From: Bacillota bacterium | GTDB lineage: Bacteria > Bacillota > Dehalobacteriia > UBA4068 > UBA4997 | NCBI GenBank assembly: GCA_021771915.1 | Contig: JAETNY010000002.1 | Location: forward strand, 141,825-205,824 | DNA: 64,000 nucleotides | Reading direction: 5' to 3' | Shown here: one piece after another, positions 25,021 through 35,864 of the stretch | How the letters are laid out: the number at the start of each line of letters is the position of its first letter | Position numbering within the stretch: the stretch's first letter is position 1 | Made by a program: the position numbers and the translations under genes | The notes under the pieces: generated by a model | Told to the model about the DNA's origin: nothing | Seen by the model: only the letters and a program-made list of their open reading frames with translations | Databases searched by the model: none

Positions 25021-26793
25021 ATGAGTTTTTTCGATTGGTTAAACATGTTTGGCGGCCTAGCTTTCTTCCTTTACGGCATGAGCGTTATGGGCGAGGGATT
25101 GGAAAAGCAGTCTGGCGGCAGTTTAACAACCCTTTTAGGTAAAATGACCTCTAACCCGATTAAGGGCGTGGCTTTGGGTGCCGCCGTAACAGCGGTTATT
25201 CAATCTTCGTCTGCCACCACCGTTATGGTCGTTGGTTTTGTAAATTCCGGTATTATGCAGCTGCGTCAGGCCTTGAGCATTATTATGGGCGCTAACGTCG
25301 GCACCACCATTACCGCCTGGTTTTTAAGTTTAGTTGGCATTGAAAGCGATAACTTCTTTATTAATATGCTGAAGCCCTCCTCTTTCTCGCCGATTATCGC
25401 TTTAATTGGTATCTGCCTGCTGATGTTCAGCAAAAGCACTCGCAAAAAGGACGTTGGCAGTATCTTTCTTGGCTTTGCCCTGTTAATGTATGGCATGCTT
25501 ATCATGTCCAATGCCGCCGCACCGCTGGCCGATATGCCAGAATTCGCCAATCTGCTGATATTATTCCAAAATCCGCTGCTTGGTTTGCTGATGGGTCTGT
25601 TGATGACCGCCGTTCTGCAAAGTTCCGCCGCTTCCGTTGGTATTTTGCAGGCCGTCACCATTTCCGGTCTGGTCACATACAGCGCGGCCGTGCCGATTAT
25701 TTTGGGACAGAACATCGGCACCTGTGTAACAGCCATGCTTTCTTCAATCGGCACCAGTAAAAACGCTCGCCGCGCCGCTCTGGGTCACCTTTATTTCAAC
25801 ATCATCGGCGCTATAATTTTCCTGGCCGGCTTCTATGGACTGCATGCCTTAATCAATTTCAGCTTCTTTGATGAACCAGTGGCCGCCTGGGACGTGGCCG
25901 TACTGCACAGCTTATTTAACGTCACCTGCACGCTGGTGCTGCTGCCTTTCACCAAACAGCTTGAACGTCTGGTTTGCTTCTCTATCAAAGATAAGGAAGC
26001 GCAAACCGGCTCCAGCCTGCCGGAAATTCTGGACGAACGTCTGCTGGTAACCCCCGGCGTGGCTATCGACGCAGCCGACAAGGCAACTCTGGAAATGGGT
26101 ATTCTTGGCCGGGAAAATTTGGATTTGGCTTTTGGCGTTATGCAAAAATATGATATTAAAAAAGCTAATATAATGGAAGAAAACGAGGACAGAATTGACA
26201 GTTATGAGGACAAGCTGGGAACTTATTTAATCCGCCTTTCTGAGCGCAGTCTGGCGCAGCAGGACAACCGCCAGATTTCCAAGCTGCTGCATACTATTAC
26301 CGATTTTGAACGTATTGGCGACCATACCTGCAATCTGCTCAACTCCGCAACTGAATTATATGAAAAGAAAATTAGCTTTTCTGAACCGGCCATGCAGGAT
26401 TTAAAGGTTATGCATACCGCAATCGAGGAAATTATGGATTTAACCCTGAACTGCTTTGCCACTGAGGAATTGGCCGATGCAATCAGAGTTGAGCCTCTGG
26501 AGGAAGTCATTGACGAGCTTTGTAATGATGTTAAAAACCGGCATATTGAGCGTATGCAAAAAGGGCTTTGTTCCCTGGAAAAAGGCTTTGTTTTCCAAGA
26601 CGTTTTAACCAATCTGGAGCGTATCTCTGACCACTGCTCTAACGTGGCCGCCTGCATTATTGAATTGCAGCATGACAGTTTTGATACGCATAAATATCTG
26701 AATAATCTGCGAAACAACGGCAACCAGTCCTATAATAATCTGCGTCGCTTTTACCGTGAGGCTTATCAGCTAAACAAGTCACCAGAACAGTAA
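25021..26793 (+). CDS. Na/Pi cotransporter-family protein with PhoU-like C-terminal domain
   Basis: Duplicated Na/Pi-cotransporter motifs (QSSSATT / LQSSAASVG) followed by a cytoplasmic PhoU-like repeat region. Confidence 0.75.
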   Translation: MSFFDWLNMFGGLAFFLYGMSVMGEGLEKQSGGSLTTLLGKMTSNPIKGVALGAAVTAVIQSSSATTVMVVGFVNSGIMQLRQALSIIMGANVGTTITAWFLSLVGIESDNFFINMLKPSSFSPIIALIGICLLMFSKSTRKKDVGSIFLGFALLMYGMLIMSNAAAPLADMPEFANLLILFQNPLLGLLMGLLMTAVLQSSAASVGILQAVTISGLVTYSAAVPIILGQNIGTCVTAMLSSIGTSKNARRAALGHLYFNIIGAIIFLAGFYGLHALINFSFFDEPVAAWDVAVLHSLFNVTCTLVLLPFTKQLERLVCFSIKDKEAQTGSSLPEILDERLLVTPGVAIDAADKATLEMGILGRENLDLAFGVMQKYDIKKANIMEENEDRIDSYEDKLGTYLIRLSERSLAQQDNRQISKLLHTITDFERIGDHTCNLLNSATELYEKKISFSEPAMQDLKVMHTAIEEIMDLTLNCFATEELADAIRVEPLEEVIDELCNDVKNRHIERMQKGLCSLEKGFVFQDVLTNLERISDHCSNVAACIIELQHDSFDTHKYLNNLRNNGNQSYNNLRRFYREAYQLNKSPEQ

Positions 26794-26803
26794 TAAAATC
26801 AAC

Positions 26804-26845
26804 GAGCCGCCATTTTGAAATAAATGACGGCTCATTGATTGTTAA
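26804..26845 (+). terminator. Rho-independent terminator candidate
   Basis: GAGCCGCCATT/AATGACGGCTC stem followed by a T-rich tract after the transporter stop. Confidence 0.4.
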
Positions 26846-27028
26846 TAACCTAAATATTTACCAAAACCACTGGACTCTAAAATTATATCCAATACATTAT
26901 TAACACCTCCTCTACGTTGCGCACCACCATAATTATAGTAATGGGCGCGCTACATATTAATACTAATTTAAAAATTGGATTGCACTTTTTTTACTCATAT
27001 GGTATAATTAGCGTGGAGGATTTTTGTT

Positions 27029-27691
27029 ATGCTTTATATTGTGGAAGATGATGTAAATATCCGCCAGATGGAAAGCTATGCCCTGAAAAACAGTGGCTTT
27101 GAAGTGGCGGAGTTTGCAGACGCAGCCGGGTTCTGGCAGGCCTGCGCCCAGCAGCTGCCGGAACTGCTGCTTTTAGACATCATGCTGCCCGGTGAGGACG
27201 GCTACACACTTTTGCAGAAACTGCGCAGTCAACAGCGCACCAAAGATATTCCCGTAATTATAGTAACCGCCAAAAGCACCGAAATCGACGCGGTGCGTGG
27301 GCTGGAAAACGGCGCTGACGATTACATCACCAAACCCTTTGGCATAATCGAACTGGTGGCCCGGGTTAAGGTGGTTTTGCGCCGCGCGCATAAGCCGCAG
27401 AACTCGCTGCTGCAAACCGGCCAGATACTGCTGGACGACGAAAAACGCCAGGTTCTGGTGGGCGGCCAAACTTGCAGCCTGACATTCAAGGAATATGAAC
27501 TCTTAAAGCTGCTGCTGCTGAATACCGGCATTGTTTTAAGCCGGGAACGTATCATGGACAAGGTTTGGGGCACCGACTTTGAGGGCGAGAGCCGCACGGT
27601 AGATATGCATATTAAAACCCTGCGCCAAAAGCTGGGCGAAAGCGGCAGTTGTATTAAAACCGTGCGCAATGTGGGATACAAGATAGAATGA
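27029..27691 (+). CDS. OmpR/PhoB-family response regulator
   Basis: Receiver domain (LLLDIMLPGEDG, D-K pattern) plus winged-helix C-terminus. Confidence 0.85.
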   Translation: MLYIVEDDVNIRQMESYALKNSGFEVAEFADAAGFWQACAQQLPELLLLDIMLPGEDGYTLLQKLRSQQRTKDIPVIIVTAKSTEIDAVRGLENGADDYITKPFGIIELVARVKVVLRRAHKPQNSLLQTGQILLDDEKRQVLVGGQTCSLTFKEYELLKLLLLNTGIVLSRERIMDKVWGTDFEGESRTVDMHIKTLRQKLGESGSCIKTVRNVGYKIE

Positions 27692-27753
27692 TTGTTAAAA
27701 TTATTCTATCGCAATCCAGCCGTGCTGGGTAAGATTGAATAAGGAGGCGCTTT

Positions 27754-28746
27754 ATGGGACGCAGACTGCGCCAGCTTTTTGTTATAAACGGCCTTTTGCT
27801 GGCCGGCCTGGCCGTTATTCTGCTGGCTATCGGCCAACACATGGCGGAACATTCCGCACTGGGTCTGGCCGCGCTGTTCATACTCTGGTTAGCCCTGCTG
27901 TTCTGGCTGGCCTGGCGTTCGGCCGATTTGGTTTTGCACCCACTTTTAGAGTTTGCCGCCCAACCGCCGGAAAAATGGAACAGTCAGGCGCCCTATCCGG
28001 AATTGCTGCCCTTTATCACAGCTTTGCAGCAGCGTCAGGTGCAGAAAGAAGAAAATATTCGTCAGCGCCAGGAATTTTCCGCCAATGTTTCGCATGAATT
28101 GAAAACACCGCTAACTTCGATATCCGGTTATGCGGAGATGATTGAAACCGGCATGGCGCAGCAGGAGGATATCAAGGAATTTGCCGGCAAAATTCATGCT
28201 GAAGCCGGCCGCCTGATTGATTTAATTCGTGATATTTTAAAACTGTCCGAGTTGGACGAACCGCAGACCGCCGCCGAGTTGGACTGGCTGGATTTACTGC
28301 CGATTGCTCAGGATACTGCCGGGCTGCTGGCCTTTAACGCGCAGCGCGCCGGCATAGATTTGCGCGTCAGCGGCTGTTACAGCCAGGTTTTCGCGCAACG
28401 AGATTTATTGGAAGAATTAATCTATAACCTTTGCGATAACGCTATCCGCTATAATCACCGCGGCGGTTGGGTGCGCGTGTCGGTGGAGGATACGGAAAAT
28501 GAGGTTGTGCTGACCGTCAGCGATAACGGCATCGGCATACCGCCGGAGCATCAGGAGCGTATTTTTGAGCGCTTTTACCGGGCGGACAAAAGCCGCAGCA
28601 AAGCCAGTGGCGGCACCGGCCTGGGGCTGGCTATCGTTAAACACATTGTTTTGCAGCTGGACGCCAGACTGAACCTGCAAAGCGATGTTGGCCAGGGTAC
28701 GGCTATCAGCATTTATTTTAAGAGTAAACCAGACACTGCCAAATAA
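27754..28746 (+). CDS. Sensor histidine kinase (PhoR-like)
   Basis: Two TM helices, H-box HELKTPLTSISGY, HATPase motifs DNGIGIP and GGTGLGLAIV. Confidence 0.8.
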   Translation: MGRRLRQLFVINGLLLAGLAVILLAIGQHMAEHSALGLAALFILWLALLFWLAWRSADLVLHPLLEFAAQPPEKWNSQAPYPELLPFITALQQRQVQKEENIRQRQEFSANVSHELKTPLTSISGYAEMIETGMAQQEDIKEFAGKIHAEAGRLIDLIRDILKLSELDEPQTAAELDWLDLLPIAQDTAGLLAFNAQRAGIDLRVSGCYSQVFAQRDLLEELIYNLCDNAIRYNHRGGWVRVSVEDTENEVVLTVSDNGIGIPPEHQERIFERFYRADKSRSKASGGTGLGLAIVKHIVLQLDARLNLQSDVGQGTAISIYFKSKPDTAK

Positions 28747-28889
28747 TGCCAGCTAAATATTAAGTTGATTTTACGGCACAGGCAGGAAAAAAAATATAAT
28801 TATCGAATACATTAGCGAATATATTACTAACAGACCATTAATATCGGTTTGTTGAAAGTATGAAGCTAAGATGTTTAGGGAGAGAGTCC

Positions 28890-30137
28890 GTGAACCATAT
28901 TATAATTGAAGGCGGCCACCGCCTTAGCGGAACCGTGCATATCAGCGGCGCCAAAAATGCAGTTTTGCCGCTGATTGCCGCAGCTTTGCTGCCAGACGGA
29001 GTTTCGGAAATTGAGGAAACGCCCTGGCTGACCGACGTCTGCTATATGTGTGACGTGCTTAACTATTTAGGCGCCCAAACTCATTATGAGAACGGCACCC
29101 TGCAAATAAATTCCACCGGCCTAACCGATTGCACCGCCCCATTTGAGGAGGTGCAGAAGATGCGCGCCTCTTTTTTGGTAATGGGACCGCTATTGGCGCG
29201 GCTTGGCGCGGCCAAAATTCCGTTGCCCGGCGGTTGTGCTATTGGCGCGCGGCCGATTGATTTACATTTGAAAGGCTTTGAGGCCATGGGCGCACGCGTC
29301 ACAATCGGTCAGCGTTATATTGAAGCGCAGGTTAACCATTTGCACGGCGCGCGTATTTATCTGGATTTTCCCAGCGTGGGCGCTACGGAAAACATCATGA
29401 TGGCTGCCTCGCTGGCCGAGGGCACAACAATTATTGAAAACGCCGCCAAGGAGCCGGAAATTGTCGATTTGGCTAACTTCCTGGGCGCTATGGGTGCGCG
29501 TATTAAAGGCGCCGGTACTGACGTGGTGCGGATTGTTGGCGTTAGTTCCCTGCACCCGGCGCGTCATACCACCATACCAGACCGCATTGAAGCCGGCAGT
29601 TTTATGTTAATGGCCGCCATTACCGGCAGTGAATTGTTTTTGGAAAATGTAATTACCAGCCATTTACAGCCAATGATTGCCAAAATGAATGACGCCGGCG
29701 TGCGCATTATTGATGACATCGACGGTCTGCGCGTTCTGCCCTCCGGCCCTATTATGCCGGTGGAGATTAAAACCCTGCCCTATCCCGGCTTTCCCACGGA
29801 TATGCAGGCGCAATTTATGGCCTATCTGGCTTTAGCCGCCGGCAGCAGCACAATCAGAGAAACCGTTTTTGAAAACCGCTTTATGCATGTAGCCGAACTG
29901 GCCAAAATGGGCGCGGATATTACCGTTAAGGGGCATACGGCGCTGATTAAGGGCGTGCCAATGCTCAAAGGCGCTTATGTTGAAGCCACGGATTTGCGCG
30001 CCGGCGCAGCCATGATTGTGGCGGCACTGGCGGCCGAGGGCGAAACGGTTATCGGTCAGGTTGACCATATTTATCGCGGTTATGAAAATATTGTCGGAAA
30101 ACTCATTGATGTTGGCGCTAAAATCCGTGAGGAATAA
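28890..30137 (+). CDS. murA: UDP-N-acetylglucosamine 1-carboxyvinyltransferase
   Basis: HIIIEGGHRLSGTVHISGAKNAVLPLIAAALL and KMRASFLVMGPLLARLGAAKIPLPGGCAIGARPIDLHLKGFEAMGA match MurA. GTG start at 28890 with upstream RBS. Confidence 0.85.
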   Translation: MNHIIIEGGHRLSGTVHISGAKNAVLPLIAAALLPDGVSEIEETPWLTDVCYMCDVLNYLGAQTHYENGTLQINSTGLTDCTAPFEEVQKMRASFLVMGPLLARLGAAKIPLPGGCAIGARPIDLHLKGFEAMGARVTIGQRYIEAQVNHLHGARIYLDFPSVGATENIMMAASLAEGTTIIENAAKEPEIVDLANFLGAMGARIKGAGTDVVRIVGVSSLHPARHTTIPDRIEAGSFMLMAAITGSELFLENVITSHLQPMIAKMNDAGVRIIDDIDGLRVLPSGPIMPVEIKTLPYPGFPTDMQAQFMAYLALAAGSSTIRETVFENRFMHVAELAKMGADITVKGHTALIKGVPMLKGAYVEATDLRAGAAMIVAALAAEGETVIGQVDHIYRGYENIVGKLIDVGAKIREE

Positions 30138-30173
30138 TATATTAATTTTGGCTTAAATTTGAAAGGAGTATAA

Positions 30174-31013
30174 ATGAGTTTACTGGAATTTCTCAAAGTA
30201 ATATGTTTAGGCGTGGTGGAAGGCATTACAGAATGGCTGCCGATTTCCAGCACCGGACATTTGATTTTGTTTGATACCCTGCTGCATCTGGACGTTAGCG
30301 AAGAATTTTGGAATATGTTCATGGTGGTTATTCAGCTGGGCGCCATTTTATCTGTTGTTTATCTTTATTTCGACAAGCTGAATTTATTTTCGGCACGCAA
30401 AACTTTTTCTGAAAAGCGCGCTTCTGCGGTGCTTTGGGCCAAGGTTATTGTGGCCTGCCTGCCGGCCGGCGTTCTGGGTATTCTGTTCGACGACTGGATG
30501 GACGAACACCTGCGCGGCTATAATGTGGTGGCCTGGGCGCTGATTATTTATGGTATTTTCTTTATTTTGCTGGAAAAATATAACGCTCACCGCAACCGGG
30601 AATTCAGAATTCAGGAATTATCCGAAATCTCTTATATGCTGGCATTTGGCATTGGCTGTTTTCAGGTGCTGTCCCTGGTGCCGGGTACATCGCGCAGCGG
30701 CGCAACCATTTTGGGCGCAATGATTTTAGGCGTTAACCGCCGCGACGCCGCAGAATTTTCTTTCTTTCTGGCTATCCCGGTAATGTTTGGCGCCAGCTTC
30801 TTAAAACTGCTTAAATTTGGCTTAAGCTTTACCACCAACGAAATTTTAATTCTTTTAACCGGCATGCTGGTTTCTTTTGTGGTGGCGGTTTTGGCTATTA
30901 AATTCCTGATGGCCTACATAAAGGAACACGATTTTCAGGTTTTCGGCTGGTATCGCATCGCACTTGGCATTGTCGTTTTAATTGCCGGGTTTATGGGGCT
31001 GATTACCGCCTAA
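30174..31013 (+). CDS. uppP: Undecaprenyl-diphosphatase
   Basis: [20 protein letters not shown] and [17 protein letters not shown] motifs. Confidence 0.85.
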   Translation: MSLLEFLKVICLGVVEGITEWLPISSTGHLILFDTLLHLDVSEEFWNMFMVVIQLGAILSVVYLYFDKLNLFSARKTFSEKRASAVLWAKVIVACLPAGVLGILFDDWMDEHLRGYNVVAWALIIYGIFFILLEKYNAHRNREFRIQELSEISYMLAFGIGCFQVLSLVPGTSRSGATILGAMILGVNRRDAAEFSFFLAIPVMFGASFLKLLKFGLSFTTNEILILLTGMLVSFVVAVLAIKFLMAYIKEHDFQVFGWYRIALGIVVLIAGFMGLITA

Positions 31014-31041
31014 GGCTTAAATAGAAATATGGAGATAAATT

Positions 31042-32307
31042 ATGGATATTGTTTTGGAAAATAATACCGTGAACAATTTGGGGCGGCAGGCCAAGGCCGC
31101 CTCGCTTGTTTTAGCGGCAGCGCCCTCGGAACAAAAAAATCAGGCGCTGCACCAAATGGCGGCAGCGCTGTTGGATAACGAAGCCGCTATTTTAAACGCC
31201 AACCAGCTTGATTTACAAAGCGCCCAGCGTATGGGCATGTCGCCGGCTTTTATGGATAGATTAAAGCTAGACGATAAACGACTGCGCGAAATGGCCGGCG
31301 GTCTTTTGGCGCTTTGTGAACTGCCCGACCCTGTTGGTCAGGAAATGGCGCGCTGGCAGGCCAACGCCGGCATTGAAATTGTGCAGAAACGCGTGCCGCT
31401 GGGCGTTATCGGCCTGATTTATGAAGCACGCCCCAACGTCACCTCCGACGCGGCCGGTATCTGCCTGAAAACCGGCAATGCGGTGCTGCTGCGCGGTGGC
31501 AGTGACGCGCTGCAATCCAATCAGGCAATCACTCAGGCATTGCGTCAGGGCGTGCAGGCGACAGGCTTGCCGGCAGACGCAGTACAACTTTTAACCGATA
31601 CATCGCGTGAGGCCGCCAAAGCCATGATGCAGCTGAACCAATACATAGACGTGCTTATTCCGCGCGGCGGCGCCGGCTTAATCCAAAGCGTTTTGCAGCA
31701 GGCCACTGTGCCGGTGATTGAAACAGGCTCCGGCAACTGCCATATTTACGTGGAAGCCTCCGCTCAGCCGCAAATGGCCATAGATATTATTCTGAACGCC
31801 AAGGTGCAGCGGCCGGCTGTTTGCAACGCAGCTGAAACATTGCTGATTGACGCGGCCTGCGCGCCGCAGCTTTTACCGCAAATTGCCGTTGCTCTGCAAA
31901 AGGCCAGTGTGGAAATACGCGGCTGCCAGCGTACTCAGGAAATCATTAAGGACTGCGTGCCGGCCACAGACAAAGATTGGAGCACGGAATACGGCGCTTT
32001 AACGCTGGCCTGCCGGGTAGTGGAGAATTATCAGGAAGCGGTTGCGCATATCAATACCTATAACACGCGCCATTCTGAAGCGATTATCACCGAGAATCCG
32101 GAGGCTGCTGCATATTTTCAGCAGCATGTAGACGCTTCTGCGGTTTATGTTAATGCATCGACACGTTTTACGGACGGTTTTCAGTTCGGTTTTGGCGCAG
32201 AAATTGGTATCAGCACCCAAAAGCTGCATGCACGCGGCCCGATGGGCTTGCTGGCCATGACTTCTTACAAATATTTAATCAACGGCACTGGTCAAATCAG
32301 AAATTGA
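31042..32307 (+). CDS. proA: Glutamate-5-semialdehyde dehydrogenase
   Basis: 421 aa. GLIYEARPNVTSDAAGICLKTGNAVLLRGGS and catalytic-Cys region CNAAETLLI. Confidence 0.85.
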   Translation: MDIVLENNTVNNLGRQAKAASLVLAAAPSEQKNQALHQMAAALLDNEAAILNANQLDLQSAQRMGMSPAFMDRLKLDDKRLREMAGGLLALCELPDPVGQEMARWQANAGIEIVQKRVPLGVIGLIYEARPNVTSDAAGICLKTGNAVLLRGGSDALQSNQAITQALRQGVQATGLPADAVQLLTDTSREAAKAMMQLNQYIDVLIPRGGAGLIQSVLQQATVPVIETGSGNCHIYVEASAQPQMAIDIILNAKVQRPAVCNAAETLLIDAACAPQLLPQIAVALQKASVEIRGCQRTQEIIKDCVPATDKDWSTEYGALTLACRVVENYQEAVAHINTYNTRHSEAIITENPEAAAYFQQHVDASAVYVNASTRFTDGFQFGFGAEIGISTQKLHARGPMGLLAMTSYKYLINGTGQIRN

Positions 32308-32376
32308 TTATTGGAACCAGGCGACATTATATTAATAAAATAGATGTGTATAATTTGTGTTTAAAGGGGTTTTTAT

Positions 32377-32943
32377 ATGGGTGATTTAATTTTAGGCATA
32401 ATTTTGCTGATTGCCCTGTTGGACGGTTGGCGACGCGGTATTATCAAGATTTTAGGCTCATACGGCGGCATTATTGTGGGTGTTTTTCTGGCCAGACGGC
32501 TTACTCCCCTGCTTCTACCCATGCTGTTGCCACAGCTGGAGAAACATTTAGGTCAGACAACGGGCATTTCGCCAGATAGCGTTCTGCTGGCGGAATGGTT
32601 TTTTACCGACTCCGCGCTGGGGCGGCTGCTGGAACTTGTTATCTTTATCGTACTGACCTCGGCCATTACCTGGCTGGTGCGCTTTGCTACTGGTGCATTC
32701 GGCTCCGTGATTAATTTCACGCCGCTGATTGGCCATGTCAGCCGCAGCCTGGGTGCATGTTTGCAGCTGCTTATCTACATCATGTTGCTCTATCTTATTT
32801 ATGTCTGGATTTTGCCCTGGCTTATCAGCCTTTTGCCGGATTTGGCTGTGGTTAATACTATTTTTACATCTTCCAAACTGGTTTTACAATTTATTCTGGA
32901 AATCGGCAGCCTGATTTGGTATTCCGCTCTTTCCATTATGTAA
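32377..32943 (+). CDS. CvpA-family membrane protein
   Basis: 188 aa, 4 TM helices; N-terminus LILGIILLIALLDGWRRGIIKIL. Confidence 0.55.
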   Translation: MGDLILGIILLIALLDGWRRGIIKILGSYGGIIVGVFLARRLTPLLLPMLLPQLEKHLGQTTGISPDSVLLAEWFFTDSALGRLLELVIFIVLTSAITWLVRFATGAFGSVINFTPLIGHVSRSLGACLQLLIYIMLLYLIYVWILPWLISLLPDLAVVNTIFTSSKLVLQFILEIGSLIWYSALSIM

Positions 32944-32985
32944 ATATAAATTTTAATAATAACATCAAAATAGCGAGGTGGTTTA

Positions 32986-33867
32986 ATGTTGTTTGGCAGC
33001 GCTAAATTTACGCCCTCAGTTTTGCGTAAGTGGCAGGCTAAACAGCCCAAAGCGGCTAAACTTTTGCAGTTTTGGCCCAACATGAATGAACAGGAAAAAG
33101 CCGATGTGGCACGCCTGGCGGACGTGGCCAAATGGCCGCAGACTTATCTGGCACAACTGCCGGACGCTGAAGCACAGGCCGCTTTTACAGCGCTTTGGCC
33201 ACATTTGCCGGCGCCTTTTCAGGAGACTCTGCTGAAAAGCCTGATTAGCCTGTTATTGGACAAAACAGAACCGATTAAGGAGGCCGCCGCCGGCCTGCTG
33301 TTACAAATGGCTGATGAGCGCATGATTTCACCACTGATTGTGGCTGCGCTGAAAGATGAAAGCTATGACGTGGCGCTGGTTAGCCGCGTTTTGGCTGAAT
33401 TTACCGAAAAAGCCGGACGTATTTTGGTAATGGTTTATCCCAGCCTGACGCTTATCGAGAAGAAACGCATTTTACAGCTTATCGGTCAGCTGCGCCCAAC
33501 TACATCTACCGAAATTTTACAATACGCCATTTTAGAACCAGAAGCGGAATTGCGAATTTTGGCCGCTAAAACCTGCGCTTTGGTGCCACCGCCGGATTTA
33601 CTGAATTTTCTGGCGCCGCTGGTACAGGACGAGGAAAACGGCGTGCGCGCTGCCGCATGTGAAACGCTGGGACGTTGTGGCGGCACGGCGGCTGTACCGA
33701 TTTTACAGGCGGCTTTTGATAGAGACGACGCCTGGACGGTAAAATCCATGTGCGCCTCCTTTTTAAGCAAATGGGAGGAACAGCTGGCGCAGCAGATTAT
33801 GCTGGACGAAGGTGAAATGCACAGCGGTCTGGTGGAAAAAATTGAAAACGAAAGGGTTGGTTCCTGA
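32986..33867 (+). CDS. HEAT-repeat protein
   Basis: Repeated helical units with EAAAGLL / VRAAACETLG. Confidence 0.4.
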   Translation: MLFGSAKFTPSVLRKWQAKQPKAAKLLQFWPNMNEQEKADVARLADVAKWPQTYLAQLPDAEAQAAFTALWPHLPAPFQETLLKSLISLLLDKTEPIKEAAAGLLLQMADERMISPLIVAALKDESYDVALVSRVLAEFTEKAGRILVMVYPSLTLIEKKRILQLIGQLRPTTSTEILQYAILEPEAELRILAAKTCALVPPPDLLNFLAPLVQDEENGVRAAACETLGRCGGTAAVPILQAAFDRDDAWTVKSMCASFLSKWEEQLAQQIMLDEGEMHSGLVEKIENERVGS

Positions 33868-34067
33868 TGATTCCCCTGCCCTGGCAGCCCGGCGATATGG
33901 CTCGGCTGAAAAAGCCCCATGCCTGCGGCGCTACTGACTGGCTGGTATTGCGTATGGGTATGGACGTTTATTTGCAGTGTTCAGGCTGTGGTCGGGAACT
34001 AAAACTCAAGCGTCATGATTTTGAAAAACGCCTGCAAAAGCGCTTGCCCCAACCACCGCAAAATTAA
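33867..34067 (+). CDS. DUF951-like small Cys-cluster protein
   Basis: 66 aa with CGATDW...CSGCGRE. Start overlaps the upstream stop (ATGA). Confidence 0.45.
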   Translation: MIPLPWQPGDMARLKKPHACGATDWLVLRMGMDVYLQCSGCGRELKLKRHDFEKRLQKRLPQPPQN

Positions 34068-34221
34068 CCAAAATTAACCGCAAAAAATGACTAAAATGGC
34101 AAAATTATCCTAATAATCGGATATTATAAAAAAAATTGGCCAAGCTTGCAGATATTTGCCTTAATAACTTGACTGTTTTGCTCAAATTCGTTATAATGAA
34201 GTAAGATAGAGGTGAAAGCTG

Positions 34222-34872
34222 ATGAAGCTTGGTATTGCCGGCACTCCCCTGCCGGATTATGATAATATGACCGACGAAGCCATTGTTGAAATTGCTCGCA
34301 CTGGCGATGTTGATGCACAGGAATATTTGATTAATAAATATAAAAACTATGTGCGTGCCAAAGCGCGGACTTATTTTTTACTTGGCGGTGACAAAGAAGA
34401 TTTAATTCAGGAAGGCATGATTGGCATGTATAAGGCCATTCGTGATTTCCGTAGTGACAAGCTATCCTCTTTCCGCGCCTTTGCGGAACTTTGTATAACG
34501 CGTCAGATTATTACGGCCATTAAGACGGCCACGCGCCAGAAACATATACCGCTGAACTCTTATGTAAGCCTGAACAAGCCAATTTATGACGAGGACTCTG
34601 ACCGGACGCTGTTGGACGTGATAACCGGCAATAAGGTGACCGATCCGGAAGAACTGATTATCAGCCGGGAGGAGTTTACGGAAATTGAAGAAAAAATGGG
34701 GGAACTTTTAAGTTCGCTGGAATGGAAAGTTTTGATGTATTACCTGGAGGGCAAATCTTATCAGGAGATTGCCGAGGATTTGGGACGGCATGTAAAGTCG
34801 ATTGATAACGCTTTGCAGCGTGTTAAGCGCAAGTTGGAAAAATATCTGTCAGACCGCGAGGATTACAAATAG
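34222..34872 (+). CDS. sigH: Sporulation sigma factor SigH
   Basis: Near-identity to Bacillus SigH over YLINKYKNYVRAKARTYFLLGGDKEDLIQEGMIGMYKAIRDF and AFAELCITRQIITAIKTATRQKHIPLNSY. Confidence 0.8.
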   Translation: MKLGIAGTPLPDYDNMTDEAIVEIARTGDVDAQEYLINKYKNYVRAKARTYFLLGGDKEDLIQEGMIGMYKAIRDFRSDKLSSFRAFAELCITRQIITAIKTATRQKHIPLNSYVSLNKPIYDEDSDRTLLDVITGNKVTDPEELIISREEFTEIEEKMGELLSSLEWKVLMYYLEGKSYQEIAEDLGRHVKSIDNALQRVKRKLEKYLSDREDYK

Positions 34873-34942
34873 GCCTACATAAGCGTGCCAATTTCAGCCC
34901 AAACATTAAGAAAATTTATTGAGCGAAAGATTGGAGTATATA

Positions 34943-35743
34943 ATGAAGTTAATTTCAAATAGAATAATAGTCAAAGTAGGAACCTCCACCCTAACTAATG
35001 AACTTGGTAAAAGCAATTTGCGCTCTTTTGACCGCCTGGCCTGCGTTCTGTCCGACGTTCAGAATATGGGCTATGAGGTTATTCTTGTATCCTCCGGCGC
35101 GATTGCCGTTGGCGCCAATAAATTGAATATGGCCTCTCGACCCACGGAAATGCGCTTTAAGCAGGCCGCTGCCGCGGTTGGTCAATGCAGCAATATGTAT
35201 TTATACGACAAATTTTTCAGCGGCTATGATAAAACTATCGGTCAGATTTTATTGAATGCCGAAGATATTGAACAGGAAGAAAAGCGAGAGAATCTGACCA
35301 ACACCTTTAATGCCATGCTGGAAATGGGCGTTATTCCGATTGTAAATGAGAATGATTCGGTCAGCTATACGGAAATTGAGTCAGAAGAGCGACTCTTTGG
35401 CGATAATGATAAACTTTCCGCCGTGGTGGCCGTTTTGTGTCGAGCCAGTCTGCTGGTTATTTTCTCCGATATCGACGGGCTTTATGATAGTGACCCCCGT
35501 CTGCACCCGGACGCCAAACTGATTGAGCGTATAGACCATTTAGATGAAAACGTCTATAAGCTGGCCGGTGGCGCTGGTTCCCGGCGCGGCACGGGCGGCA
35601 TGCGCACCAAGCTGCAAGCCGCAGAACTGGCCACAGTTCAGGGTATTGATGTGGTTATTACCAATGGCCAGCGCCCAGACGACCTCTATAAACTGCTGGA
35701 GGGCAGCAGTGTTGGCACCAGATTTATCGGCGCCGGACGTTAA
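34943..35743 (+). CDS. proB: Glutamate 5-kinase (no PUA domain)
   Basis: RIIVKVGTSTL, VILVSSGAIAVG, IPIVNENDSV motifs. GGAG RBS 8 nt before ATG 34943. Confidence 0.8.
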   Translation: MKLISNRIIVKVGTSTLTNELGKSNLRSFDRLACVLSDVQNMGYEVILVSSGAIAVGANKLNMASRPTEMRFKQAAAAVGQCSNMYLYDKFFSGYDKTIGQILLNAEDIEQEEKRENLTNTFNAMLEMGVIPIVNENDSVSYTEIESEERLFGDNDKLSAVVAVLCRASLLVIFSDIDGLYDSDPRLHPDAKLIERIDHLDENVYKLAGGAGSRRGTGGMRTKLQAAELATVQGIDVVITNGQRPDDLYKLLEGSSVGTRFIGAGR

Positions 35744-35765
35744 AACAACATATTAAGCATATCAA

Positions 35766-35799
35766 AACCGGGTCAAAATCTTGCCCGGTTGATTTTTGT
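35766..35799 (+). terminator. proB terminator
   Basis: AACCGGG-N11-CCCGGTT hairpin followed by GATTTTTGT. Confidence 0.5.
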
Positions 35800-35809
35800 A
35801 TGAAACAAC

Positions 35810-35843
35810 AAATGCCGCCGTTTCCCTTGAAAACGGCGGCATT
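35810..35843 (-). terminator. Terminator hairpin downstream of the spoVT fragment (minus strand)
   Basis: Perfect 13-bp stem AAATGCCGCCGTTT / AACGGCGGCATTT. Confidence 0.5.
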
Positions 35844-35864
35844 TGTTATAAATTTCAGCCATAT